A DNA stretch of 64,000 nt. It comes from Camelus dromedarius. Its lineage: Eukaryota. The notes under the pieces are model-generated. The model searched no databases. It was not told where the DNA came from and saw nothing but the letters and a program-made list of their open reading frames with translations. The translations under genes and the position numbers were made by a program. Below are positions 12,472 to 24,205 of the stretch, piece after piece (positions within the stretch are counted from its first letter, which is position 1; each line of letters begins with the position of its first letter). The DNA is taken from NCBI RefSeq assembly GCF_036321535.1, contig NC_087437.1, positions 1,054,001-1,118,000 of the forward strand, in the 5' to 3' direction.

Positions 12472-14544
12472 TGTCATTTCACTTTCTTGATGATGTAATT
12501 TGTAACAAAAAGGTTTTAACTTTGATGAAGTCCAGTTTATCTGCTTTTATCTTCTATCACTTGTGCTTTTCGTATTGTATCTAGGAAACCAAAGCCTATC
12601 CTAGGACCACAAAGATTTATACTGTGTCTTCTTTTAGAAAGTTTATAGGTTTAGTTTTTACGTTTCTGTCTGTGATCAATTTTGAATTAATTTTTATTTA
12701 TTTAAAATATGGGGGTCCAGATTCCAGATTCATTCTTTTGCCTGCAGATACTCAGCACTCCCTGCACCATTTGTTGAATAGACTATTCTTTCAATGGAGT
12801 GTTGTTGACACCCTTGTGGAAAACTGACTGTAAATGTAAGTTTTTCCCCCTGGGTTTTTATTATGTCTCATAGATTTATTTATCCAAACTTATGCCAGTA
12901 CCATTCTGACTTAGTACTATAGCTTTTTAGTACCCTTTAAAGTGAGTCCTCCAACTTTGCTCTGCTTTTTCAAGATTGTTTTGGCTGACCTGGGCCCCTT
13001 GCACTTCCATATGAATTTTGGGATCACTTTTTCAATTTTTGCAAAGAAGTCAGCTGGAATATTGATAAGGATTCCACTGAATTTGTAACTCACTTTGGGG
13101 AGTCTTAACGTTTTTAACAATATTGTCTACCATTCCATGAACATGGGATGTGTTCCATATATGTAGATCTTTTAAGTATTATTTCGGTGATACATCAAAA
13201 TATTCAATGTACAAATCTTGTAAATTTTTGTTAAATTTATCTCTCATTTTATTTTTAATGCTGTTGTAAATGGAAAGGCTGAGCTTCTTGAGGGTAGGAC
13301 TATATATTAATTTGTTTATTTCTAGGATTTCTACACAGCAAATACTCTAGGTTTATATTTGCTACATAAATCTATCCACAACTCTTCCCACCCCCGTGTT
13401 ATAAGAAACCAAGACCCAGGTTAAGCTACCTGAACACCTATGTGGAAGTGAGAAATGAGACCCTTGGGTGGGGCTTTGTGAAGATGATACTGAGAGCTTA
13501 TTTAGGATGGCTTCATCTTAAATTCCTTTAAACAACACTTTTGGTGTAGTCAGATACATTAAGATCATGCCCTTTTGATGTGCAGAGGAGCTAAGACTAT
13601 CATTTTCAAATAATTTCTAGTGAGAGTGTTGTACTTGAAATCAAATTTGCATCAATCTTTGAAGATATATGTTTCAGGAATTTTGACTAAAGAACACCTG
13701 TCTTTATTCATTAATGACAACTAAATTCTCAAGCAACATGTAAGAGTTTGAGCAAACTGCCCCAGCCCCGTAGTGCTGGTTGGCTGCAGCTGTAACTGGA
13801 GTCAGTGCTTACCTCTCCCAGCACGCTTGGGCTGATCTGCTCAAAGGTGTTCGTCCAAATGTTTGTCTGTAGTCTGTTGGACAAAGCCATAAAACATTGA
13901 GTTAATTTTGCTGGAATGCAATATATTCCTATTAATATTAAGTAAGCACATATTGAGTGCTTACTGTATGTTGGGAATTGTCCCTCAGCCTCACATGTAT
14001 ATTATTTCACTTAAAACTTCATATATTTCCTTGTTATTCTCACTTTACAGATAAGGAGACTGAGAATTAGGTCTTCTGTATTTTGGATGGAGCTCATTAT
14101 CAATGACAGGAAGTTGTAAGGAAAAAGATATTGATTCATCCTGAGAAAATATTTTTCTGACCGTCAGCAGTGAAGAGGGTGAACACTGAAGAAGGTGATC
14201 ATTGTTTGAGTGAGACGAGCCCCGGGTTGTACGGAGTCAGCATCCCTGTCCTGGACACGGCACGTGTAGATCTGTGTGGTGGGTGAGGCGGCGAGGCCGC
14301 GCAGGGAACGCGGATGCCGGGCCATTGGGCTGTGCTCAGGCCCGGTGGGGCTTTCTCCTAAGGGCAGTGGACCGTCATTGACAGATTTTTAGTAGGGGAG
14401 TGGGGTGCTCTCGTAGATCACTTTTGTCTTGTAGAATGCTTAGAAACATTTAGAAGGCTCTGCAGGAGGTGATGTGATGAGTCAGATTAGGGTGGCTGCC
14501 AGGTGTAGGAGTGTAGAATTTTCAAGTGGTTTTCAGTCCCAGTT

Positions 14545-14720
14545 TTGTGGCTGAGTAGCTGTGTCACTTTGGATGATGCACTCAAGGAAGTAAACAATTT
14601 ATCTAATCAATTGAAGAAGTGATGTACCGACCTCCCAGGACTGCTGTGGTGATCCAGTGAGATAACGTGTTCACAGTGTGCAGCGTGGTCCCCAGCACAC
14701 AGTCAGTGCTGAGTGAGTGC
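14545..14720 (+). mobile_element. MIR fragment
   Basis: agctgtgtcactttgg...cctcccaggactgctgtggtgatccagtgagataacgtg...cccagcacacagtcagtgct. Confidence 0.6.
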
Positions 14721-17018
14721 CAGTGAGTACCTGGTAGTTCAGGTGTGGGTGGTGGGACTCGGTGACTGAGGAAATCTGGGCCCTGAAGGTGGGGTCCAGT
14801 CACATCTGTGAGTGATGGGCCTGAGCTGGGAGAGGAAGGGAGACCTTGCCCCCCGACCAGGGGCCCTGGGTAGGACGGCTATGGGAGGAGCACCGTGAAG
14901 TCAGCTCTTTGCAGGTGGAGCTCGAGTTGCCTTTGAGATATCTAAGTGCATTGTCATGAGCTCAAAGAGGAGGTCTGGGCCCGGGCTGTGAATTTTCCTA
15001 TAATCTTAATCCCTGAGGACGCTGAGGTATTGATCACTGAACGTGAAGACATACTTTACAGGACAAGTGAATAGTAGTATCATCTCTGTCATCAAAGCTC
15101 ACATCTCTTTATTCATCACAAGTTTGCTATTGGGTACTTACAGAGCTCACTTCACCGCCATCCCCTGGGCTCAGGCTCCACAGTAAAGAGCTGGTGAGCC
15201 TCCCTCTTTTCCAGAAGAAGACACATTTAGCTGGTAGAATTCTGTACCTCGCCAGACTTAGAATTTTAGTTTGTTGTTTTAATTCTATTTTCTGTTAGCC
15301 ATCTCCTGACAGGAGAGACGTTTTACCTCATGGACATATTTCAATTAGCTGTTACTGAGAATTGCTGATCTGATCCATAGTGTAAGTATTATATTAACCT
15401 TGTAGAGTATTTATCATTTTTCTGTCTTTGCCCTTTAATTTTGTATGCCCCTTCAAGTCTCTATCCTATTTGGGGCCTTATTTTTTTTAATTAAAAAATG
15501 TCTATTTGCAGTTAAGAAAACAAAAGAAAAGAAAAAATACACATGATAGCTAAACTTAGAAAATATCTAGTGTGTTTTCTGTCTCGGCAACGGAGGGTTC
15601 TAGAAACTCGTGAAAACCTTCATTACACAAGTTTCTTAAAATGCTGATTAAGAAATAAAACCTTCCTTCTTCATCTTTCAAGCTGCACAGCTAATTGTGA
15701 AGAAAGTGAGGGGAAATCCTCAGAAGCCAAGACAAACCAGAAAGCAGGGATTCTGGGTGATACGCGAGCCTTAGAAGCCCTGGGGTGCCTGTTGGCTCCT
15801 GTACTGAGTTTCAGTTGCCTTGACTGGAGGGTAGGAGGTGAGCCCGAGTCCTCTCACAATGGGAGTTGGATGACTGATCATATGTAAGGCCAAGCCCATC
15901 CCGAGAAGCATGGTTTACTAAAGGGTTAACTATGAAAAAAAATTCCTCAAGGTAAGACATTAAGGAAAGTCAATTTTTTTGGAAGAGGGGAAAAATAACA
16001 AATCCAAAGTAAGGATATAGTTTAAAGCTCTTCTGGCATGAGAGTAACCACAAACTCCTGGCAGAGAATCACAGCTACTCCTGGAATGAGAAGCTGTGGT
16101 TTGAATGAATCAGTGAGCAGCCATTCCGAAAAAGGCCTCCAGAGTCTTGAGGATCAAGATACTTGAATGCAAACACCTGTCTTCCAAGGTCTCAATCAAA
16201 TAACCAGAAAGGTTTTAAAGGAAAGAAGCCATAATCATAGTTCTATTTCTTAACATTACTTTATGCTAGGAATTCAGACGTGACTATGGAGTTGTCTCCT
16301 CTTTTATGGACCTTACCTTCTCTTTGGGGAGACAAACTGACATAGTTGGGGAGCTTGGTGGAGGGAGGTGATAGTCTGTTGCAATTAGCCAGGAGAGGAG
16401 ATTAAGAAAGCAGTGAAGGGTGGGTGAACTTTTTAGCTAAGGACATTCTTGTTCTGCTGGCTCTTAATTGCAGGCTCAATGAGCAGTCACTGGAGGGAAT
16501 AGATCTTACGGAGGATGGACTTAGCTCAGGTCTCTTTAGAATGGACAAGTGAACCTGGAGAAAGACAGTCAAATCTGTGCAGACATTAAAGTTCACTTGA
16601 ACGTGCTCCATCCCTGAGCCAAAGATAGGACAAATATGCAGCACTTCTTAAGGACAGAGGAGTGGTTTTTAAGGTTCTCCAAGAATGAAGCCCAGGGAAC
16701 CGAGATGGCCAGTTGTCAAACTGTGACTTTGCTCTTTGGACGGTGTACCCACCAAGGGTATTGGCCTTTTATACATTTCCATTTCTCTTTAATACATGTC
16801 AGGTGATGAGGACGTGGGCACAAGTGTTTGACACCTTGTCGAGGCGACTTTGGGTACCTGCCTAGAAACGCGGGCACGGCTACAACTGCGTCACACATGT
16901 TGCCGCCCATCCCGCTCCCCGGCTCCGTGATCACGGCAGAGTGGTTCCTTGTTGACCTGTCCATCTCCTCTGTGACATCATAACCCATGAAAAGACCGGA
17001 GAGTATTAACTTGGCTTT

Positions 17019-17074
17019 TTTAAAGTCAAAGGAACAGATCTAATATGGAGTCAGATTTGTTCTTTCCTATTTCA
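17019..17074 (-). mobile_element. 5' end of an ERV1 LTR (same family as 17808-18291 and 275-816)
   Basis: Reverse complement aataggaaagaacaaatctgactccatattagatctgttcctttgacttt nearly matches 17811-17860. Confidence 0.75.
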
Positions 17075-17327
17075 GTATTGTCATGGAGAAGACAGTTTGG
17101 GCAGCTTTTTGTAGGGTCCTCGAGGCTTTCTCTCTCAGCCTCTGGGGGCCTCTATTGAAAACCCTTCATAGCTGTCTGGCCTGCTGGAAAACCACTCCGA
17201 CTGTTTTGCCTTAAGATGTGTTCAGTTTATAACTCATCTCTACTCCTTGGAAAACAACTCAATAAAAACTCAGTTGGTTTTCCACCAGCCATGGGCAGGG
17301 GTGAGGGATACCTTGTTATTAATTCAT

Positions 17328-17380
17328 AAAATAATAATAATAATAAAAATAGTAATAATAAAAATAGTAATAATAATAAT

Positions 17381-17423
<43 letters not shown>
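17328..17423. repeat. (TAA)n microsatellite
   Basis: About 95 bp of imperfect TAA repeats. Confidence 0.97.
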
Positions 17424-17426
<3 letters not shown>

Positions 17427-17807
17427 GAAGTCTTAAAACAGCACTGGGCACATAGGTGAGTCAATAAATGCTTCCTGGCTTAAATCAAAAGTGATGACTC
17501 AGTGATTCCATGGCTGCTGTATTTGCTGAGCTAGTTACTCCTTTGCTCCATTACACATTTTTTAACTGAAAAAGAAATACATGCAAATGGTTAAAAAAAT
17601 TCAAACAGAGCACAAAAATACACAATTGAAAGAAGTTTTCCCTCATCCTGTCTTCTTTCAGCCCTCCCTGGAGATGCCACTGTTTACTATCCTTTGGGTG
17701 CTTTTCCAGATATGCTATGCACATTCCCACATATGTATGTAAATTCCTTTAAAGTTTTAGTTATTTTTAACTTAAAGGGATTTAAATCCTCAAGTGGCTT
17801 CTGCCTG

Positions 17808-18291
17808 GGTAATAGAACAGAACAAATCTGACTCCATATTAGATCTTTTCCTTTGACTTTAACCCTATGCTCTGTCTCCTAGGCTTCATCTTGCTTGTAA
17901 AACAATGTTGCTTAGAGCCTGAAATATACAGGAGAACCTATTCTGAAGGCTCTGATCTTTAAGTATATTTAACACATTTTCATTCATAAAAAGATAAGAA
18001 ATTGCAGAATAGAAAATAACGTTTGTTTTGTTAGAGGTTTACAGAGATTTGACCCAGGCAGATAGCTGCAAGAACAAAGGATTCTAACAAGAAGGAATTC
18101 CTACACCAAGAAGATTGCAACAACCAAGCACGTAGGAAAGGAGCCTGAATTCTGACTTGGGGAGATGGTTTTCCAGGACATTAGTTTGCCATCTAGGTCT
18201 ACAGAAACTTGCTATTCCATGCCCCAACACCTGGTCTCCCAACTTATTGGCCTGTCCTGCACTGAAGAGAATGAATTTGGATTTGGTAGCA
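17808..18291 (+). mobile_element. ERV1 solo LTR
   Basis: Begins gtaatagaacagaacaaatctgactccatattag and ends tttggatttggtagca; similar to the reverse complement of the LTR at 275-816 at both ends. Confidence 0.8.
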
Positions 18292-18328
18292 CTCCAATAT
18301 ACCTAGCAAGCTGGGCACTGGAACTGAG

Positions 18329-18730
18329 TGTTATGGAAACAACAGGCCAGCCAAGGAACAATCACCACTCGGAGTGTTGGCGTACTCAGATTTATTATGC
18401 CGGCGGGCTCAGAGGGGCTTCTGCTCCGAAGTTCTGAGCACCCACCTCCAAGACATACACATGAAGTTTTAAAGGGTTAATTACAAGTAAGGGTGTATTA
18501 GCCAATAAGGCTCAAGCAACAAAAAGGAAGGAATCAGCACACTGGTGCTTGTCAACTTGTAATAGACACTTGTTGAGCTTCGATTTACGACTTAGCTTGT
18601 TAGCCCAGTAAACTGACACTAAACTTCAGATTTACGAGTTAGCCCAGCAGAATTTAGATCAGTAAACCGACACTTATCACACTTAGATTTGTGACTTAGC
18701 TTGTTAGCCCAGCTGGGCTTTGCCTTCACA
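18329..18730 (-). mobile_element. Solo LTR (402 bp) with internal tandem motifs
   Basis: TG...CA termini, perfect 4-bp TSD tgag (18325-18328 and 18731-18734), minus-strand AATAAA, repeated gatttacgacttagcttgttagcccag-type units at 18580-18712. Confidence 0.88.
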
Positions 18731-19354
18731 TGAGGACAGCTCTCCCACACCCAGGGAACTACTGTGAGCCCTTGATGGTTCCACTAGGGTGGAGTGTGGT
18801 TTACCCAGGACGGATGGGGACTATGCACCAACACTCAGGCAGTCTGCTCTGTCTGGGGCTCTGATCTTGAACCACCCCGCTCCCTGCCAGCCCAACACCT
18901 GGGACAGTGGAGCTAAGGCAAAGATCGTGCCTGCCTGTTTCCCAGCGTGTAAAAGGGGAATATGTACTCTTCCCAAGGTAGTTCTGAGCGACAACACCTG
19001 CGGGTGCTTGGTTCCCAGACCAACAGAAAACCCTGCTCTGCTTGGGGGCAACAGGTGTGATACCCGTAGGGGTTCTGCAGCAGCATCGGATGGAGGGCTG
19101 GATCAGGGAGGTAAAACTTGAGCTGCGGGCCTTGAAGTGTTACAGAAGGGTACAGAGGCAGGACTGCCGCCTTCTTCAGGGTGCCACCAGAGGTAAAGCT
19201 TTTTCTCTCCATCCCCGCTAGGACCTTACCCTTTCCAGATCCCTCCCTTCTCTCTGCTCTTCCGGTCCATCTGTCTCCCTCCACTTTTTCCCTCCTCTCC
19301 TCCCCCTCCCATCTTTTCCCTCCCTCACTGCCCCACCTTCTCTTGCAGAACCCA

Positions 19355-20120
19355 GAGCGGATTGCTGGCCCTCCTGCGCATGGGCGGTCGGTGTCAGCTG
19401 GACCGCGGGTTGGAAGCTCCATCTCCGAGCCGGGGATTAGCCCCAAAGGCTTCTCAGCTCTGTCGCTCGGCAGGCCTTTAGCTCCTGCCAGGGGCCGGTG
19501 CCTCTGGCTGTGGAAGTGCAATGTGGGGTCTCCCGGGAAAGGGGTCAGGTGGCTGTGGGAGGGCGGTCCGCGTGTCACAGACCACGAGGGCGTGAGTCAG
19601 CCTGTGTTCAGCTGAATTGCTCTGGCCAGACCCCTCTGCCCTCGCCACCTGCCCCAGTGCCCCAGTGCCACAGCTTCCCGGGGCCAGGTGTGCACCTGCC
19701 GCCTCTCACCCAGCCGGGCTCCCCTCAGTCCGCTGCTGGCGTCCCCTTCCCCTCTCTCGCCCGCGAGTCCTCTCCTCCCGGGCTTCCTCTCCTCGGCCAC
19801 CGGCCCGTCCCCACAACTGGGCGGGCTGCGTCCCAGGCGGGCGGGGTCTGCGGACCCGGACGGGGCAGCTGGGGCTGGGGCTGGGGATGGCCTCCGAGCG
19901 GGGCTGCAGCCCGCGTTTCCACCCATTTCCCTGCCCCGTGACTCCGGGGCTGCCCTGGTCTTCCTTTCCCGCTCCCTGAGGAACAGCTCAGTGGCGTCTG
20001 CGCTGCTCCCTGGGCTGAGAGCCTCCGGCTGTAAAGCCCAGCTACTGGTGGAGTCGGGAAAAGGGATCCTCAGTGCCAAGCGAGCTTCTGTCTCCTCCCT
20101 CAGTGTTTCTGCCCCAGGTA
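19355..20120 (+). promoter_or_regulatory. TRAPPC9: CpG island: promoter/first non-coding exon region of the TRAPPC9 pseudogene
   Basis: The most GC- and CpG-rich segment in the window, with GC boxes (gggcgg). It lies ~4.5 kb upstream of the ATG exon, and there is a consensus donor CAG|GTAAGT at 20117/20118. Exact exon-1 boundary uncertain. Confidence 0.7.
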
Positions 20121-21149
20121 AGTACCTTGAACACTTTCAGGTGTTATGATGGCGGTGCTTGTTGGTGTCATGGGTTTTTATAGTGAGAGGGATTACAGTG
20201 TTGAAAGCAGGGCTTGGTTCAGTTAAAATTGAGCTGAAGGCATAAGGCTGTGTCATCCTCCTTCCTTCCCTCTCCCAGGGTGAAACGTGTGACCATCGAT
20301 TTTAAAAAGACAGTTACATTCCCTAACTAGCCCAGCCCAGCTTGGTGTGTTAACAGGAACAGCACCACCAGAGGCGTTGGAGACCCAGGGACATTGCAGT
20401 CCTAAAGAGCTCCTGGCACAGTTTGGTTTGTTTTGGTTTTTTGTTTTTCTTAAATTGTGGGGCAGACTAAGTAGTATAGAGGGAAAAATAATTGTCAAGA
20501 AATATTTTTTCATATAACAGCTTTATTGTGATATTGTTCACACACCATGAAGTCCACCCATTTAAATGGTACAATTCAGCAGCTTTTAGCATATTTACAG
20601 TTGTGCAACAATTATTATCCTAAACGTTTTCATCACATCAGAAAGACCAGTGGAAATGAATGACCAATCCACCCCTCCCCAGTGGTGGTTCTAAAGAAGT
20701 TTCTTGGCTATTCTTGACCATAAATTAACTTGTTACATTCCATGAAAAATCTGGTAGGAATTCTAATCAGAATTGCAATGAATCTGTCTATCAAAATAGG
20801 AAGAATTATTGTCTTTATGGCATAAACTTCTTCTACCCATGAATATAACTGGGACCCTATATTTTCATCTCTCCAGAGCCTGGCCCATGGGAAGTCCTCA
20901 CTAATTTTTGGGCTTGTGAATGATGAGATTCTATACATCATTAGTTGCAACTGTAGCCTTTCACATAAGAGAAAATTAACCTCAGTGAAGCCAAGTGACT
21001 CTCTGATGGTCAGAAAGAGTGACAGCCAGTGCTGGAGTGATCCAGTGGACTTGGTGCTTGCAACCAAAATTCTTCAGCAGCTACAGCTAAGGGGATTAGA
21101 GTGTTCTTTTATTTTTTCTTAATGGCGTTGCTTTTATTTTTACTTATTT

Positions 21150-21410
21150 TTTTAAATTAATTTTTATTGAAGTGTAGTCAATTTACAATGTTAGTTTCAG
21201 GTGTACAGCAGCGATTCAGTTATGAACATATGCATATGTGTATAAATATGTTTTAGATTGTTTTTAGTACAACTCATTACAAGAAATTGAATATAGTTCC
21301 CTGTGCTATATAGTAGGTCCTTGTCATTTATTTTATATTTATTAACGTGTATCTGTTAATCCCCCCTTTCCTGCCTGCTAACCACAGTTGGCTTTCTATG
21401 TCCATGAGTC
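21150..21410 (-). mobile_element. L1 3' end fragment
   Basis: tttttattgaagtgtagtcaatttacaatg...atatagttccctgtgctatatagtaggtccttg resembles the 3' end of the L1 at 10.25 kb. Confidence 0.75.
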
Positions 21411-23621
21411 CATTTCTAGGAGCACCATTTTTCTTAGTAATATATGCTGGTTGGCTGCTTTCAGTTTCAGTAATTCCATCTGTGGGTGCTTTTCTTCTGG
21501 TGGCCTTTATGTGGTTTGTACACGTGGTAATAGAGGTCTGTATTTGGGAGAACTCCAGGCCTCGTGTAGTCCCTGGTACAGAGTTCCCACTGAGTTGATG
21601 CTTGAACTGGGAAAAAAACATAGTAAATGTTGGAATTTCCAATATGGTTGAGACTTCCAGGTTTCTATAACCTGCTTAGCCCACCTTAATATTGGCTGCA
21701 CCCTTACTTGGTAATTTGGTGGAATTCCATGGTATGGTGGTGTAGAGACAGGGCCTTTTATGCTTATTCTCTTTCCTTTTTCTAACACTCATTCTCCTGG
21801 GTCTCCCAGATCCTCCCCCAGCAGTGCCCAGGGCTGGCTTGGTGCTGCGCTGAGGATATATTTATTAATAAGGACCTTTCCTCATCTCTTCTGAGCCTCC
21901 ATTTTTTTCTCTGCACAATGAGGGCTTAGACTAGATATGTGCTTTTCAGTTTCCTTTAAAGCCATGTTTCCTTTGAGAAACAGAAAATGCAAATCACTCC
22001 TCCCATCCCAACCCTTTAGATTTTGATACAGCCTCCAAGGAGTGACATAGCACTTTGTGGAAAATTGATGTGATTGTGATTCCAGGTGGCACAGAAAAGA
22101 CTCTTCAGAGATTTATTGCAGGGAGAGGGCAGGAAAGGTGCAGTATGTCACACTTTCTAGTGTGAGCACTGGAGCAGTGGCTTGGATTTAAATACGGTGT
22201 CTGACGTGGCCTCTCTCTAATCATGTACAATGTGATAAACTTCTCTACCTCAGTTTTTCTTGATGTGTCAAGTTGGCGTGATAATATTTTAGGGCTTTTG
22301 TGAAACATTATACACATAATCCATTTGTGTTTCGGTAGAAATAAGACCTGCTAGGGATTCAGGGATTTGTTTAAAAAAAAAAAATCTTGTCCATAGCAAT
22401 CTGTCGGTGTGTATTTTGAATTTCCTGTAGGGTGAGGGTTGAGTCTAAAGTCCATCGTGGGACAGGTGGCCCATAGTTTTCTGTGCGCCTGATTGCCCCC
22501 TCCTCCCCAGTCCTCTTCCTCAGTCCAGGATTAAGTTCCCTAGTAGATTTACACAGAGGTCTTGTGGAAATGGCTTTTCATTTTATTGTTTCACCAAGAA
22601 GGGCTGCCATCATGATCTCTGTGGTCAGGTTTTGAAGGGCTGCCATCATGATATCTAGTCAGGTGAAGGCTATGCAATTGGGAGTTTCTATTTAATAAAA
22701 AGAAAAAAATTACAAATAGAAAATTAGAACAAGGGTGATGACAGGAGCTCTTGGAAGTGGGCACCATTAGTTTTGTTAGCTTCAGGTGCAGTGGCCTCTT
22801 GCCACGAGGACCCATCCTCTTGCTCTGAAGTTGGAGGGACCAATGGGTTGAGTGGGAATGTTAACTGAGTGTATCTCATGTGCTGGCATTGTCCTATTTG
22901 TGCTTTGTGTTCCTTATTTGAGACAGTGAGCTCATTTAACCTCAATAGCCTCTTTAAAAAATTAGACTTTTTATTTTGAGATATAATGTAGATTCCCATG
23001 TAGTTGTAAGAGATAATATGGAGAGGGCCTATGGACCCTTTGTATAGTTTTCCTTAATGGTTCCAACTTGCAAGTTTGGGGTACAATTCATTACTGACTC
23101 ACTAACAATTTGAGGTTTGTTTTATTGCCCTAATTTTATTCACGATTAAACTGGGGCTTAGAGAATCACACAGGCCTGACCAGGTCACCCACATTGTTAG
23201 TGTCGAGACGGGTGGAACGTGGGCTTGGGATTTCCATGCAGTACCATTATGATGGTCTGTGGCAGGGAGCAGCATTCACTTTGCTGGTTTATTCATTCAT
23301 TCAACAAACATTATTGAGTAACCTCTGTGGGTCAGATGCTTTAATAGGGTTATCTGATTCTTCAGCAGTCCTGAGAATCAGGTAATGTTTATATTTTTTA
23401 ATCTGAGAAAATTAGCTCTAAGAAGTTATAACCCCCCCAAAGGAAATATAGCTCATAAAGGAGCGATACTAAATTTGTACAGTCACCCCTTTTTATGCAG
23501 GTGGTACCCTAGGCATTTTACATTTGCAAACTTCTGTAATCCAGATATATTCATGTAAGAGAAAGATTTTTTTTTTAATTGAAGTATAGTCAAGTTTACA
23601 ATGTTGTGTCAATTGCAAGGT

Positions 23622-23774
23622 TTTTTTTGAATTTTGAATTAAAAAATATTTTTTCAGGAGGGTAATTAGGTTTATTTATTTGTTTCATTTTTTAAAATGA
23701 GGTACTGGTGTTTGAACCCAGGACATCTTACATGCTAAGCACGTGCTCTACCACTGAATTGTACCCTCCTCCCC
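23622..23774 (-). mobile_element. vic-1-like tRNA-Ala SINE
   Basis: ggagggtaattaggtttatttatt...gaggtactggtgtttgaacccagg...atgctaagcacgtgctctaccactga. Confidence 0.85.
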
Positions 23775-24205
23775 AAGGCAAGTTTTCTTATCCATTATTC
23801 TGAAGCTTAGGAGTTCAAATAAATTGGATAGAAAACCAGATCTTTTGATCCCACTGTAGTACTTTTCTTTATATTCTGCTGAAGGAGGATGGGGAAAGCA
23901 CTTCCTTTGTTCATTTCCTTATTCAGCATTTTTCAGCTGTGACTTTGCATCAGGGCCTTGGTAGGTGCTTGGAAACAGAAAACAAGAAATGACCCTTCTC
24001 TGCAGGGCAGGAAGCCTAGACCAAAAGCTGGGTAATGTGATCCGAGCTACGGTAGCCATTTGAAGACTCTGAGGACAAACTGTACCCCCGGATTTACTTG
24101 AGCTTCCCTTGCCTTCTGGTTGGTACACACCAGGTCACCGCAACCCAGATGGGCCTGCAGCCCACAGTACAGTATGTACTTTGATCTCCTCTCCCCTCTC
24201 GTCAG

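Larger units (their letters stand above)
10100..13275 (-). mobile_element. Older L1 (L1M-type) 3' region, interrupted by younger insertions
   Basis: L1 3' motifs (ttcatccatgttgtagc, ttttgtttatccattca). Minus-strand ORF2 remnant FFAKIEKVIPKFIWKCKGPRSAKTILKKQSKVGGLTL at 12917-13120. Confidence 0.85.

Noticed and set aside
10123..13120. Hydrophobic or other ORFs as membrane proteins
   Set aside because: Sense and antisense translations of L1 fragments.
17227..17459. Poly-Leu / poly-Ile ORFs
   Set aside because: Translation of the (TAA)n microsatellite.
18580..18712. CRISPR-like repeat-spacer array
   Set aside because: Irregular tandem motifs inside a TSD-bounded LTR in mammalian DNA; no constant spacer length and no cas genes.
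18913..20149. Cluster of long overlapping ORFs (up to 221 aa)
   Set aside because: Expected in a stop-poor GC-rich CpG island; low complexity and no family resemblance.
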